Assembly: GCA_041577295.1 (NCBI GenBank)
Contig: JBFGJG010000024.1
Location: 1 to 64,000 of the forward strand
From: Gemmatimonadales bacterium
Lineage (GTDB): Bacteria > Gemmatimonadota > Gemmatimonadetes > Gemmatimonadales > GWC2-71-9
Length of the DNA: 64,000 nt
Direction of reading: 5' to 3'
The notes beneath the pieces were generated by a model, which had not been told where the DNA came from, made no database searches, and saw only the letters and a program-made list of their open reading frames with translations. The position numbers and the translations under genes are program-made. Shown piece after piece: positions 27,164 through 36,389 of the stretch (the stretch's first letter is position 1; each line of letters begins with the position of its first letter).

Positions 27164-30100
27164 TTACCCCATGCTGCGTCTGATCAGTCGTTCAATCTCG
27201 TGTGGATCTACTTGCTCAGCAGGTTGGGGGGGCCTGGCGGCCGCAAGTTGTTCGGCGAGCCCAGCCACCGTAGGAACTCGGAAAAATGCATACAGAGGGA
27301 ATTCGACCTGGAAAGCGTCTTGGATTTTCACGAACACTTCCACCGCGGAGAGCGAGTCGCCCCCCAACTCGACGAAGTTGTCGTAGATTCCGACCCGGTC
27401 GACGCCCAGCACCTCGGCGAAGAACTCGGCAAGCACTTCTTCCTGCGCCGTCCGCGGCGCGACATAGGAACCACTGATATCGGGGCGACCTGCGTCCGGC
27501 GCCGGGAGTTTCTTGCGATCCACCTTGTTATTTGGAGTCAGCGGGAACTCATGTAGGATCACGAAGGTTGCCGGCACCATGAAGTCGGGCAGTAGCTGCT
27601 TGAGAAACGCTTTTAAGTCAGTGATCGTCGCCCCCTGTCCGTCATCGGCAATCACGTATCCTACCAGACGCTTGTCACCTGGAACGTCTTCCCGCGCAAC
27701 AACCACGGATTGTTGCACCTGAGGATGCTGATTCAGCACCGATTCGATTTCACCCAGTTCGATGCGGTGCCCACGAATTTTCACCTGACTGTCTAGACGA
27801 CCCAGGAATTCCACGATGCCGTCTTCGCGCCATCGCGCCAGGTCGCCAGTTCGATAGAGTCGCTCGCCGCGGCGAAATGGATCGGACACGAACCGCTCCT
27901 CGGTGAGTTCCGGGCGATTCAAATACCCTCGCGCAACCCCGTCACCACCAATCATCAGTTCACCCGGCACGCCGACGGGCAACAGTTGGAGGTCGGGGTC
28001 CATAATGTAGATCCGCGTGTTGGCAATTGGGCTACCAATGGGGATGCTTCGTCCGTGCACTGGCCCGACTGAATGCGTGCAAGACCAAATCGTGGTCTCC
28101 GTCGGTCCATACATGTTTATCACGTCTCCCGATATTAGGCTCGTGAGTTCCGAAGCCAGTTCGGTCGGGAATGCCTCGCCACCCACCAGCATGGCCTTCA
28201 GCTGTCGCAAGCCTCGGCGAGTATCTGGGTTCGTCGCGAGCATAATCGCCATCGAAGGTGTACACTGTAGATGCGTGATCTCGTGCTTCTCCATCAGTCT
28301 TGCGAGGGAGTGATCGGCAGCCTGGGGTGCCGACTTCGCGAACGAATTCGCCTTCTGTCGCAGCGCGTTCAAGTATGGTAGGTGCTGCAGCACCGTCTCG
28401 GACGGAACACCGAAATCGATTAAGCATGCGATCTCATTCACTCCTACCGATTTGAGCTTGTCCACCATCGCCAAGCAGCTCTCGGGCGTTCCAAACAGAC
28501 CACTGGTGTCGTAGTACCGAGTGAAGGAATGCTCCAGCAGGGCGTCCATGTCGCGTTCCGACAGAGTGTCAAACACATTGTCGATGCCCTGGCGCGTGGT
28601 ATTCCGGAACGCCGGAAAACTGGACGCGTGCTGCTTGACGAGATTGGTAGCGCTGCGAAGGTAGTTCTTGAGTGGCTCGTGCACTTGCTCACGCACGAAC
28701 GCCTCGTCCGGGGCGATGAACGTGTGCAGCATCAGAGTCACGTGCCCCTCACCTGAATGCACCGCCTGGCGGCGCGCTTCGCGATAAATCGTCAACTTCT
28801 CGGCCAGTTCTTCGATCGTCTGACCGAGAAGGTGGGTAAGCATGTTGGCACCGATTCGGCCGGCAGCACGAAATGTTTCGGGGTTACCCGCTGCCGTTAC
28901 CCAAAAGGGCAACTCTCGTTGCACGGGACGGGGCAGTATCTGGACCTCCACGTCTCCCTTCGGACCAGGAAATGAACGCTGTTCACCTCGCCACAATGCA
29001 CGAACAATCTCAATGCCGTCATAGAACTTCTCGTGTCGTGCTTCGTAATTACCAGGCGCGATGGCAAAGTCATTGGGTTGCCAACCCGACGCGAAGGAAA
29101 TGCCGACGCGCCCGGCAGAGATATTGTCCACCACGGACCACTCTTCGGCTATTCGAATTGGGTTGTGCAACGGTAGTACGCAACTCCCGGCGCGAATCTT
29201 GAGTTTCTCTGTGATGGCGGCTAGTGCGGCGCCAGCGACTGACGGATTGGGGTACAAGCCGCCGAAGGCGTGGAAGTGTCGCTCAGGAGTCCACACCGCC
29301 TCGAAGTCGTTTTCGTCAGCGAACCGAGCTCCCTGCATGAGCAATTTGTATTTGTCCGTTTGGTTCTCTCGTTCGTCACTGGCAAAGTAGAACAGGCTGA
29401 AGCTGATCGGCTGCTCGGCATGCTGCATTGCCGGTGTCCGAGGTTCCGAACCATGCAGCACGAGACGAAACCCACGAGATAGAGTCCAAAAGATTTCCAA
29501 CACCGAGATGTCAAACGAGATGCTGGTCACGCCAAGCCATGTGCCAGGCTGTTTACAGGACAGTCGCTGATCCATGCCCACAAAGAAGTTCACCACGTTG
29601 CGATGCTCCACCATCACCCCCTTTGGCTTCCCGGTGGAACCGGATGTATAAATCACGTAGGCTAGATCGCTCGCCTGCACGGGGGTGGTGGGATCCGACT
29701 GCGGCTGGGCAATCAGTTCGTTTTCGAGCGAATTCAGAGCGATAAATGGGGTGATCGCTCCGGGGAGATGCGCATTATAGTGGGATTGCGAAACGACGGC
29801 GCACGCTTGCGCGTCCTGTACCATGTACGCTAACCGCTGGCGGGGATAGTCGGGGTCCAACGGTACATATGCCGCTCCGGCCTTGAGGACGCCCATCATT
29901 GCAGCGATCATGTCGACGCCGCGATCCATCAGCACACCTACCAGCGAACCCGGTGTGACACCCCACCCAATCAAGTAATTGGCGATCTGGTTAGACCGCA
30001 CATTCAATTGCTCGTAACTCAGCGTCTGGTCCTCAAAGACTAAGGCGCATTCGTTCGGCGTGCGTCGTACCTGCGCTTCAAACAGCTGATGTACCGTTTG

Positions 30101-31831
30101 GTCACGAGGATAACTCGTGACAGTGTCATTCCAGACGTTCAGTACCTGGTTGGCTTCCCAGTCGGACAAGAGCGCCAGTCGATGAATCGGCTTCTCGGAG
30201 TGCGCAGCGTCGTTCAGAAAGGCTTCAAATTGGACTTGCATGCGGGCAATCACATCGGCGTCGAAGACTTCGGGTCGGTAACGCCACTCTACTTCTGTCC
30301 CGTCGTCCGGGATGACGAAAGTCAGGTCGGCGGCATCCCGCATAACTTTACCATTCGACAGCCGATCGACACGTAATACGGAGATCGCCGGCGGCTTTTC
30401 GTGCCAAAGGCGGACGCGGTCGGATAAGTGGGGATGTCTGGCCGCGATGTCGAGTGCGTACTTGCCTCGCTGTCGCGCGCGGCTGTACTCCTCGGAGAAG
30501 CGACTCCAAAAATCCGCCAGTGTGTCGTCGGGATGACGGTGAATCGCAAGCGGAAGCCTGCTTGAAAACAAGCTGGCCACAATGCCACGGGGGTCGTCGG
30601 ACACTGAAGGGTGGGCGACGAGCGTGAATTGATTCTTCCTGCCAATGCGGCTCAAGTAAGCGGCAAGAACGCCGAGCAACCTATCACCAGGACGCGACTC
30701 CGACTCATCGTCGAGAAAAGGTATCTTGCCGGTGATCGCCTGATGGCTGAAGCTAAGGGGATCGGCGCCGTCGCGTGACTCGAGCGGCTTTCCGCAGGGC
30801 AATTCCATTGTTTCGAGTCGCGTGAGTCTTCGTATCCAGAAGTCTTCATTCTTGCAGACTGTTGCATTGTACTCGGTGAGTGCAGCGGCCTCCTCGACGC
30901 TCAGCGTGCGAAATGAGTCTCCCTCAGCCAGGCCGAGGCCTTCCGCTAGGTCCGCAGTTGTCAACGGCAGGCCGAGCAACGTGCGAACACTGCGGAGTTG
31001 CACGTCCTTGGTGCCGGTGGATACGACCACGCCGGCCTCGAGCAATTCTACGACGGTACCGGGAGGAGACGTTGATTCAGAGTTCAGTAGTTCGACCTCG
31101 GCAACGATGATCGGTGTACCGTCGATCCAGGTCTTGGCCGTCGTCAGCGGGTTGGGATAGGGTCCAAAATCCATGGCACGGACCAGGGCGGTGATGTCTG
31201 CGGCCGGTCGAGACCAATCGATGCTTCCGGCGGCGGGCGGTCTCTCATGCTTGCCAAAATAGCGTCGGGATCGTCCATCCTGGGGACGAACCTGAGTGCG
31301 ACCATGGCGCAGTTCATCCACGAGTGTGCCGAAGCTCTGGAATGCAGCCTCGTAACACTTTGCGTTGAGCGTCAGGGCAGTCTCGTTCTCGTCCACTGAG
31401 AAGCGGACCTGCTTCAGGATGGCTCCCGTGTCCACCGTTTCGTCCATGAGGTGCCATGTGATTCCATGTTCCGATTCCCGATTCACCAACGCCCAGGACG
31501 GTACGTTCAAGCCCGCATAGTCCGGCAAGATGCCGTCATGGAAGTTGATGGCACCGTGCTGCGGGAGCTTCAAGACGTCGGCGGCGATCACCGCCAGATT
31601 CGCGATGCTAAACAGGTAATCAAAACCGTCCGAATCTGTGTGTTTGAGCAGATCATTGGCGGAATTGAGGTGGAGCAAATTCTGTCGACTTGCCCACGAT
31701 TGCACAGCGGGATCGGTGGTGACAATCGCGCGAATCTCATGACCGTTGTCCAGGAAGTGCTCCGCACACCGAATGAGGAGAGACTGGCCGCCTACAAAGA
31801 CTGCACGCAACGGAGACGGATGGGGTATCAT
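27164..31831 (-). CDS. single-module NRPS-like enzyme: formyltransferase - linker - adenylation domain interrupted by luciferase-like (MupA/Atu3671-type) monooxygenase - PCP
   Basis: Formyltransferase: NFHDGILP, HGITWHLM, DTGAI. A-domain N-part: LKAGAAYVPLDP, YTSGSTGKPKG, FDIS. LLM insert: FSLFYF, WTPERHFHAFGG. A-domain C-part: NMYGPTE, YRTGDL, VKIRGHRIELGEIE, NKVDR. PCP: LGGDSL. Confidence 0.93.
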   Translation of the reverse strand: MIPHPSPLRAVFVGGQSLLIRCAEHFLDNGHEIRAIVTTDPAVQSWASRQNLLHLNSANDLLKHTDSDGFDYLFSIANLAVIAADVLKLPQHGAINFHDGILPDYAGLNVPSWALVNRESEHGITWHLMDETVDTGAILKQVRFSVDENETALTLNAKCYEAAFQSFGTLVDELRHGRTQVRPQDGRSRRYFGKHERPPAAGSIDWSRPAADITALVRAMDFGPYPNPLTTAKTWIDGTPIIVAEVELLNSESTSPPGTVVELLEAGVVVSTGTKDVQLRSVRTLLGLPLTTADLAEGLGLAEGDSFRTLSVEEAAALTEYNATVCKNEDFWIRRLTRLETMELPCGKPLESRDGADPLSFSHQAITGKIPFLDDESESRPGDRLLGVLAAYLSRIGRKNQFTLVAHPSVSDDPRGIVASLFSSRLPLAIHRHPDDTLADFWSRFSEEYSRARQRGKYALDIAARHPHLSDRVRLWHEKPPAISVLRVDRLSNGKVMRDAADLTFVIPDDGTEVEWRYRPEVFDADVIARMQVQFEAFLNDAAHSEKPIHRLALLSDWEANQVLNVWNDTVTSYPRDQTVHQLFEAQVRRTPNECALVFEDQTLSYEQLNVRSNQIANYLIGWGVTPGSLVGVLMDRGVDMIAAMMGVLKAGAAYVPLDPDYPRQRLAYMVQDAQACAVVSQSHYNAHLPGAITPFIALNSLENELIAQPQSDPTTPVQASDLAYVIYTSGSTGKPKGVMVEHRNVVNFFVGMDQRLSCKQPGTWLGVTSISFDISVLEIFWTLSRGFRLVLHGSEPRTPAMQHAEQPISFSLFYFASDERENQTDKYKLLMQGARFADENDFEAVWTPERHFHAFGGLYPNPSVAGAALAAITEKLKIRAGSCVLPLHNPIRIAEEWSVVDNISAGRVGISFASGWQPNDFAIAPGNYEARHEKFYDGIEIVRALWRGEQRSFPGPKGDVEVQILPRPVQRELPFWVTAAGNPETFRAAGRIGANMLTHLLGQTIEELAEKLTIYREARRQAVHSGEGHVTLMLHTFIAPDEAFVREQVHEPLKNYLRSATNLVKQHASSFPAFRNTTRQGIDNVFDTLSERDMDALLEHSFTRYYDTSGLFGTPESCLAMVDKLKSVGVNEIACLIDFGVPSETVLQHLPYLNALRQKANSFAKSAPQAADHSLARLMEKHEITHLQCTPSMAIMLATNPDTRRGLRQLKAMLVGGEAFPTELASELTSLISGDVINMYGPTETTIWSCTHSVGPVHGRSIPIGSPIANTRIYIMDPDLQLLPVGVPGELMIGGDGVARGYLNRPELTEERFVSDPFRRGERLYRTGDLARWREDGIVEFLGRLDSQVKIRGHRIELGEIESVLNQHPQVQQSVVVAREDVPGDKRLVGYVIADDGQGATITDLKAFLKQLLPDFMVPATFVILHEFPLTPNNKVDRKKLPAPDAGRPDISGSYVAPRTAQEEVLAEFFAEVLGVDRVGIYDNFVELGGDSLSAVEVFVKIQDAFQVEFPLYAFFRVPTVAGLAEQLAAARPPQPAEQVDPHEIERLIRRSMG

Positions 31832-31912
31832 CTCGATTCCTTCACTGTTTGCCCATTCCCATAAGAGTGATCTCGCAGGTCGACCAAAACGCGACGAGTC
31901 GCCATCACCAGC

Positions 31913-32566
31913 CTACGTGTGGCTGCTCAGGGGAAATGCCTTCGCTGGGTTACCGGTCGCCAACGATTGCTCCGGTATGTCGCGATACACCACCGATCCC
32001 GCTGCGATTTGGCATTGATCTCCCACACGGACGTTGGGCGTCACCACGGCATGGCTTCCGAGGAAGACCTGTTGGCCCAGGGTGCTTCCTCCGTTGGCCA
32101 CCGAGTATGGAGAGAACACGGAACAGGATCCGACGCGGGTGTCGTGCCCAGCGGCTGAATACAGATTCAGCAAGACGTGCTCGTCGATCTCGGCATAGGA
32201 CCCCACGTTGGCGAACGGACCGACAATCGAACCGGCGCCAATTCGAGCCGAACGTGCTACGTACGCGGTGGGGTGAACGTGCGTGAAGAATTGGGCTCCA
32301 CGATTGGAGAGACGGTGGGACAAGAGTCGTCGCAGCCGAGGATCGCCTAGCGAGATCAGGAATCGGTCGTCTGCCTCGATTTCATAGCTCCGAGTGTCCC
32401 CGATCACCTCGACAGCGAACTCATTGTCCGACGCACCAAGTTTTTCAGGATCGTCATCCAGGAATCCCTTTACTCGGTAGTCGCAAGTTTCGGTGCGCGC
32501 ATCCTGGACATATTGGAGCAGTTCGCGAGCAAAAGCGCTCGCTCCGACAATTATCAGATCAACCAC
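31913..32566 (-). CDS. NeuD/PglD-family hexapeptide sugar O/N-acyltransferase
   Basis: IVGASAFARE, GFLDD, HPTAYV, left-handed beta-helix repeats, GHD and GNPAK. GAGAGGG RBS before GTG 32566. Confidence 0.9.
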   Translation of the reverse strand: MVDLIIVGASAFARELLQYVQDARTETCDYRVKGFLDDDPEKLGASDNEFAVEVIGDTRSYEIEADDRFLISLGDPRLRRLLSHRLSNRGAQFFTHVHPTAYVARSARIGAGSIVGPFANVGSYAEIDEHVLLNLYSAAGHDTRVGSCSVFSPYSVANGGSTLGQQVFLGSHAVVTPNVRVGDQCQIAAGSVVYRDIPEQSLATGNPAKAFPLSSHT

Positions 32567-32629
32567 GCGCGGACCCTCTCGCGAATCGGTCCCACGGTTT
32601 GACAAGGAAAAAAGGAGTGGTATTTGTCG

Positions 32630-32645
32630 CGCACATTTCATGCCG
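32630..32645 (-). promoter_or_regulatory. possible sigma54 promoter for the acyltransferase-NRPS pair
   Basis: Minus strand CGGCATG-AAAT-GTGC has GG-N10-GC spacing. AT-rich IHF-like sequence lies just upstream. Confidence 0.3.
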
Positions 32646-32777
32646 TCACGAGCTACTCAACCAGTTTTTCTTAGTCTCAAGGCACTTGTCTTCATTCACT
32701 AGCAGCGTTCAGAGGCGCTGTGGCGGAGTCCTGAGCGGCGGGTGACAGGCGGCTCCGGGGTCTAATTGGGGTGTGAT

Positions 32778-33293
32778 TCACGTGGGCGATGCGCTTGCCG
32801 GAAACGGCAGTGCCAGCGTTCCTCCCGGAGCAAGCGCTAACCAGCGACCGTGTAATTCACCGCGCAGTTGTCGAATCGACGTGAGCTCGCGTTCCTCGAG
32901 CGGCCGGAAGGCAGCGATGGCGTGGCACGCGAGTGCAGTGCTCAACGCCTCGTTGAAGTCGGCAACTGGGAGCATGTGACCGGTCCCGCGCTCGAGATCG
33001 AGGAGGCCCACGATGTGCTCCGCCCACAGGGCTTCAACCGGCATCCGCTGCCGCTCGTCGCGGTCGGCGAAGGCAGCGAGGCTCCACCCGGAGGCCACGA
33101 GCCCAAAGAAGGCCTCACGAAAGCCCAACATGCTCTCCACGGCGTAGTGGGTGATGTCGTGGAACGGGAGGTGGGGGTGGAGTTTGCTCCAGGTGCGGGA
33201 ACCGTCGGGTCGGACACAGGTGAGCGTTGACCGGCTGTCACGACCCTTCTTTAGCTGTGCCAGCATCTCCTGTGAGACCGGTAACCTACTCAT
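32778..33293 (-). CDS. conserved hypothetical protein
   Basis: LTCVRPDGSRTW and HDITHYAVES...FFGLVASGW. Confidence 0.7.
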   Translation of the reverse strand: MSRLPVSQEMLAQLKKGRDSRSTLTCVRPDGSRTWSKLHPHLPFHDITHYAVESMLGFREAFFGLVASGWSLAAFADRDERQRMPVEALWAEHIVGLLDLERGTGHMLPVADFNEALSTALACHAIAAFRPLEERELTSIRQLRGELHGRWLALAPGGTLALPFPASASPT

Positions 33294-33306
33294 TGTTGCT
33301 ACAGGG

Positions 33307-33795
33307 TCAGGGCGATACCGATTCTAGCCCCGAGACCAAAACGCGCAACTCCTCGTCGGGCATGGCAGGGCGATAGTCGATGCTGACGAGCAGTGGATAT
33401 CCCAACCGAGGATCATACTCGACGGCGAAGACGGCGGGTTCTGCCGCCAACGCGCGGTGGAGCAGCCCGAACATCCTCCCGACCGTCAGATAATCGCTGA
33501 ACCATGTGGTGTCTGCCGGGGTTTCGCTGTCTGAATAGACGATGCTTCCGAACTCGCCGTCGCTGACCGAGATCCTGACGGGGCGTGTGACATCGCGTGC
33601 GCAGAAACAGCTGCGCTGAAGGTCGTAGGCATAGTTGGCAGGTGCCGCGGCAGCCCAACGTGCCTCGGCGGCGATCAGATCTTCTTCCCATTGCAGATCT
33701 AGCGGCGAGGTTGTGCAGGCGATCGAGAGGCTGACTGCGCAGAGTGCCGCGCAGCGGAGAGGAACTTGACGAACTCGGAATCGCGTCGAATCCAT
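33307..33795 (-). CDS. DUF6174-like lipoprotein
   Basis: Lipobox SIAC, ARWAA, RSCFC, YDPRLGYP and DEEL. Confidence 0.75.
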   Translation of the reverse strand: MDSTRFRVRQVPLRCAALCAVSLSIACTTSPLDLQWEEDLIAAEARWAAAAPANYAYDLQRSCFCARDVTRPVRISVSDGEFGSIVYSDSETPADTTWFSDYLTVGRMFGLLHRALAAEPAVFAVEYDPRLGYPLLVSIDYRPAMPDEELRVLVSGLESVSP

Positions 33796-33835
33796 GGTGC
33801 TTTGTTTTACCGCAAATTGTACATAAGCTCAACCA

Positions 33836-33986
33836 GTCTCATCGGGGGAAGCGCCCCACGAGGTCCCCGGTGTATGGCGCCTGACCCGCCCACCACGGTT
33901 AGCAAGATTCGGTCCTCCGGTTGGGGCAACCAGCCAGGTTCGCACGAGTGTTGAAGTTACGGGCCCAGACGTCGGTCGCCGGTTTT
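33836..33986 (+). ncRNA. candidate rod-like structured RNA (unrecognised family)
   Basis: Nested pairings across 33867-33982 with several G-U pairs on the + strand, a GCAA-capped apical hairpin and a trailing T4. A possible TTGTTT-N16-TAAGCT promoter lies upstream. Confidence 0.5.
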
Positions 33987-34200
33987 GACGGTCGCCGGCT
34001 TGAGATAGGGTTCGTACGCCTGGGCTGCGTCCTTGATGGTGAGAACCCCGGGGGTTGCGGCGGCCGATGGTGTTCCGCGTGCTGCAAGCGCTTCATCCGC
34101 GCAACATTGTCCGCCACAACCGGAATCAAGCCGCACCACCCGTGCGGGATCGTGTAGGCTCGCACAGGGCTACTGCCGGAGCAGGGTTGATCGCCCGTTC

Positions 34201-34536
34201 TCACTGAAATCGTCCCGTATCGAAGATCAAGAGAATGCGGATAATCTTTTCGTCCCGCACCTCGAATAATTGAGACATGTCTGCACGCACGGTGGGTTTG
34301 AAAAACTCATAGATTAGATTGACCCACGGTCCGTGCTCAAATGTGTGGCGGAGCTCGTAATGGCAATCGACCGGCGGATCCGCCTTTAGGCTTTCCACGT
34401 ACTCTCGGGCTGATGCAAAGTGGTAGAGCGGGCCCGTGAACCGCAGATCATCAGCGACGATACTGTACAGGCGATCGAGGTCTCGCCCCGAAAAGAAGAT
34501 CTCCATGTACCACATGCTGAGGTCCGTGGGCGTCAC
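34201..34536 (-). CDS. SnoaL/NTF2-like protein
   Basis: IVADDLRFTGP and FEVRDEKIIRILLIFD. GGAGG RBS. Confidence 0.8.
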   Translation of the reverse strand: MTPTDLSMWYMEIFFSGRDLDRLYSIVADDLRFTGPLYHFASAREYVESLKADPPVDCHYELRHTFEHGPWVNLIYEFFKPTVRADMSQLFEVRDEKIIRILLIFDTGRFQ

Positions 34537-34763
34537 GTGCGCCTCCCAGTTGAACGAGTGCCTTCCAGTCTCTGGACGCGAATTCGGCGGGGATTCGTGC
34601 AGTTGGTGACTCGAGAGGATGAATGGTCTGGAAGATCCGGATGATCAGCATCCACCGGGTGCTGCCACGAGTGGGAGTATCTGTACATCAGCGAACGTGG
34701 GCGGCTCCGGCCACTGCTCCCAAAGAGTCGACATAGCCTCACACGAGGACAGCGTAGCCGATC

Positions 34764-35132
34764 TCAGCGAGCGGCCGGATCTTGCAGTCGCCCCGCGAGC
34801 CCCCGCTTGCGCGTTCGAGCACCGATCGCGCCCTGGCCTGCAAACCGGATGAGTTGATCGACACGCATGGCGGAGTCATTCAACGCTGCGCTCAAGGCCT
34901 TTCGATCCGGCTCGTCGTAAGTTGCAAACAACCGCGCACCCTTGGCGAGCGCCTTGGCCCGCCGTTGCAAGTGCCAGATCCGATTGCTGTGCAGGTCAGC
35001 AAACTGCCCCACCACGCTACGGCCACCGCAGTTTGACAGGGTGCACCGCATACCGGCGTCGCTGATCTGTTCGATCGACGCCAGATTGACACGATCGTTG
35101 ATCTGGCACGCCTCGCGGAGCTGCTCGATTAT
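34764..35132 (-). pseudogene. decayed DinB-family gene
   Basis: IIEQLREACQINDRVNL...MRCTLSNCGGRSVVGQFADLHSNRIWHL...EPDRKAL. There is no proper start, and the C-terminal H-x-x-H-H-R-G helix is missing. Confidence 0.65.
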
Positions 35133-35156
35133 CGGCGCATCGCCAATCGTCGATCG

Positions 35157-35576
35157 TTAGGCCTTCGGTGACCGCCGGATATGGCGTACCGATTCGGAGA
35201 TCAACTTCTCCAGAACTTTGAGATCGACGTCATCGAGGCTCTTGATGTAGAGACAAGATTTGCCGGTCTTGTGCTTGCCCAGTTTCTTCAGCAGGGTATC
35301 ATACCCTTTGAAGCCCGACATGATGTAGAGGGTCAGGTTTGGTTTCCGCGGGGAGAATCCGGTGATGAACCATTCGCCTTCGCGACCGGTAGCGTACTTG
35401 TACTGATACTTGCCAAACCCAACCATGCTCGGGCCCCACATTGTAGGTTTGGATTTGGTGATCCGCTTCATCATCTGAAGTACCTTGCGGCAATCGCGGC
35501 GCCGTCCCTCGTCTGCGACCTGCTTCAGAAACTGCTCGACACTGCGATTGGTGGGTTTCGTCTTCAGCTCTGCCAT
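35157..35576 (-). CDS. DUF1801 domain protein
   Basis: MAELKTKPT, MWGPSMVGFG, GFSPRK and GKSCLYIK. GAGGAG RBS. Confidence 0.88.
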   Translation of the reverse strand: MAELKTKPTNRSVEQFLKQVADEGRRRDCRKVLQMMKRITKSKPTMWGPSMVGFGKYQYKYATGREGEWFITGFSPRKPNLTLYIMSGFKGYDTLLKKLGKHKTGKSCLYIKSLDDVDLKVLEKLISESVRHIRRSPKA

Positions 35577-35703
35577 TACACGCTCCTCATTCGAACGCCG
35601 CTGACTCGATGGCGGTGCAGAGAAACGTTGACCGCCGGTCCCCCCTGGCACAAGTCGACCGCATCGGTCGCCACCGCAGGTTTCCGGTGCACCAGCAGCT
35701 GGT

Positions 35704-36342
35704 CTACGAAGCCGCCTGGGGCACCGATCGCATGAGGTAGACGCCGACGAGAACGGTCCATGCCGCCGTCCCGAGGACGAACAGCCCAAATCCGTGTACG
35801 CTGGTATCCAAGAACCCGATGAGAACACCAGCCAACGCCGCGAGGCCAACCAAGCATCCAAGCCAGCCAACGAAGGGCTCGATCGCACGTGACCGGATGA
35901 TAGCGCCGCCCCAGAGGACCAACGCAATCGAGGATGCGTACATGAACACCATGGCGAACGCCATGTTCAGGTGTCCATTGTAGCTCAGTACGACCTGCAG
36001 CGGTTGCTGGGCGTTCAAGTCCTGGGCGAACCGCTCCGCCACGATTGGTGCAACCAACCCGCTGACAACCGCCGCGCTCATCACCGCCGTCATCCCAAAG
36101 CCGTGCGTCACCAGCGCGGCCGGTGCAAGGACGTGATCCTTTTTGAGCCGCTCATACAGACCGAGGAATCCGAGAAAGCTGATTGGGATGCTCGCCAGCG
36201 CCAGGCTATGTGTACCTATGGCGATCGCCTTTTGGCGCACCAGTGCCTCGAGACTGTCCGGCGAGGGATGCAGGGCCATGGTTACCAGAATACCGAGGGA
36301 TCCGATGATCAGGGCAAGGCCGCTGAACCTATCACGGGTCAT
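35704..36342 (-). CDS. hypothetical multi-pass membrane protein
   Basis: About six TM segments, MALHP and HGFG. GGGAG RBS. Confidence 0.72.
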   Translation of the reverse strand: MTRDRFSGLALIIGSLGILVTMALHPSPDSLEALVRQKAIAIGTHSLALASIPISFLGFLGLYERLKKDHVLAPAALVTHGFGMTAVMSAAVVSGLVAPIVAERFAQDLNAQQPLQVVLSYNGHLNMAFAMVFMYASSIALVLWGGAIIRSRAIEPFVGWLGCLVGLAALAGVLIGFLDTSVHGFGLFVLGTAAWTVLVGVYLMRSVPQAAS

Positions 36343-36389
36343 GGAGTACGCTCCCTTCGTGACGTGTTGGGTGAGAAAGTACGGCGAGT

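Noticed and set aside
33836..33986. SRP RNA, 6S RNA or a known riboswitch
   Set aside because: No SRP GGAA/AGCAG helix-8 motif, shorter than a typical 6S RNA, oriented away from any downstream CDS, and no aptamer consensus recognised.
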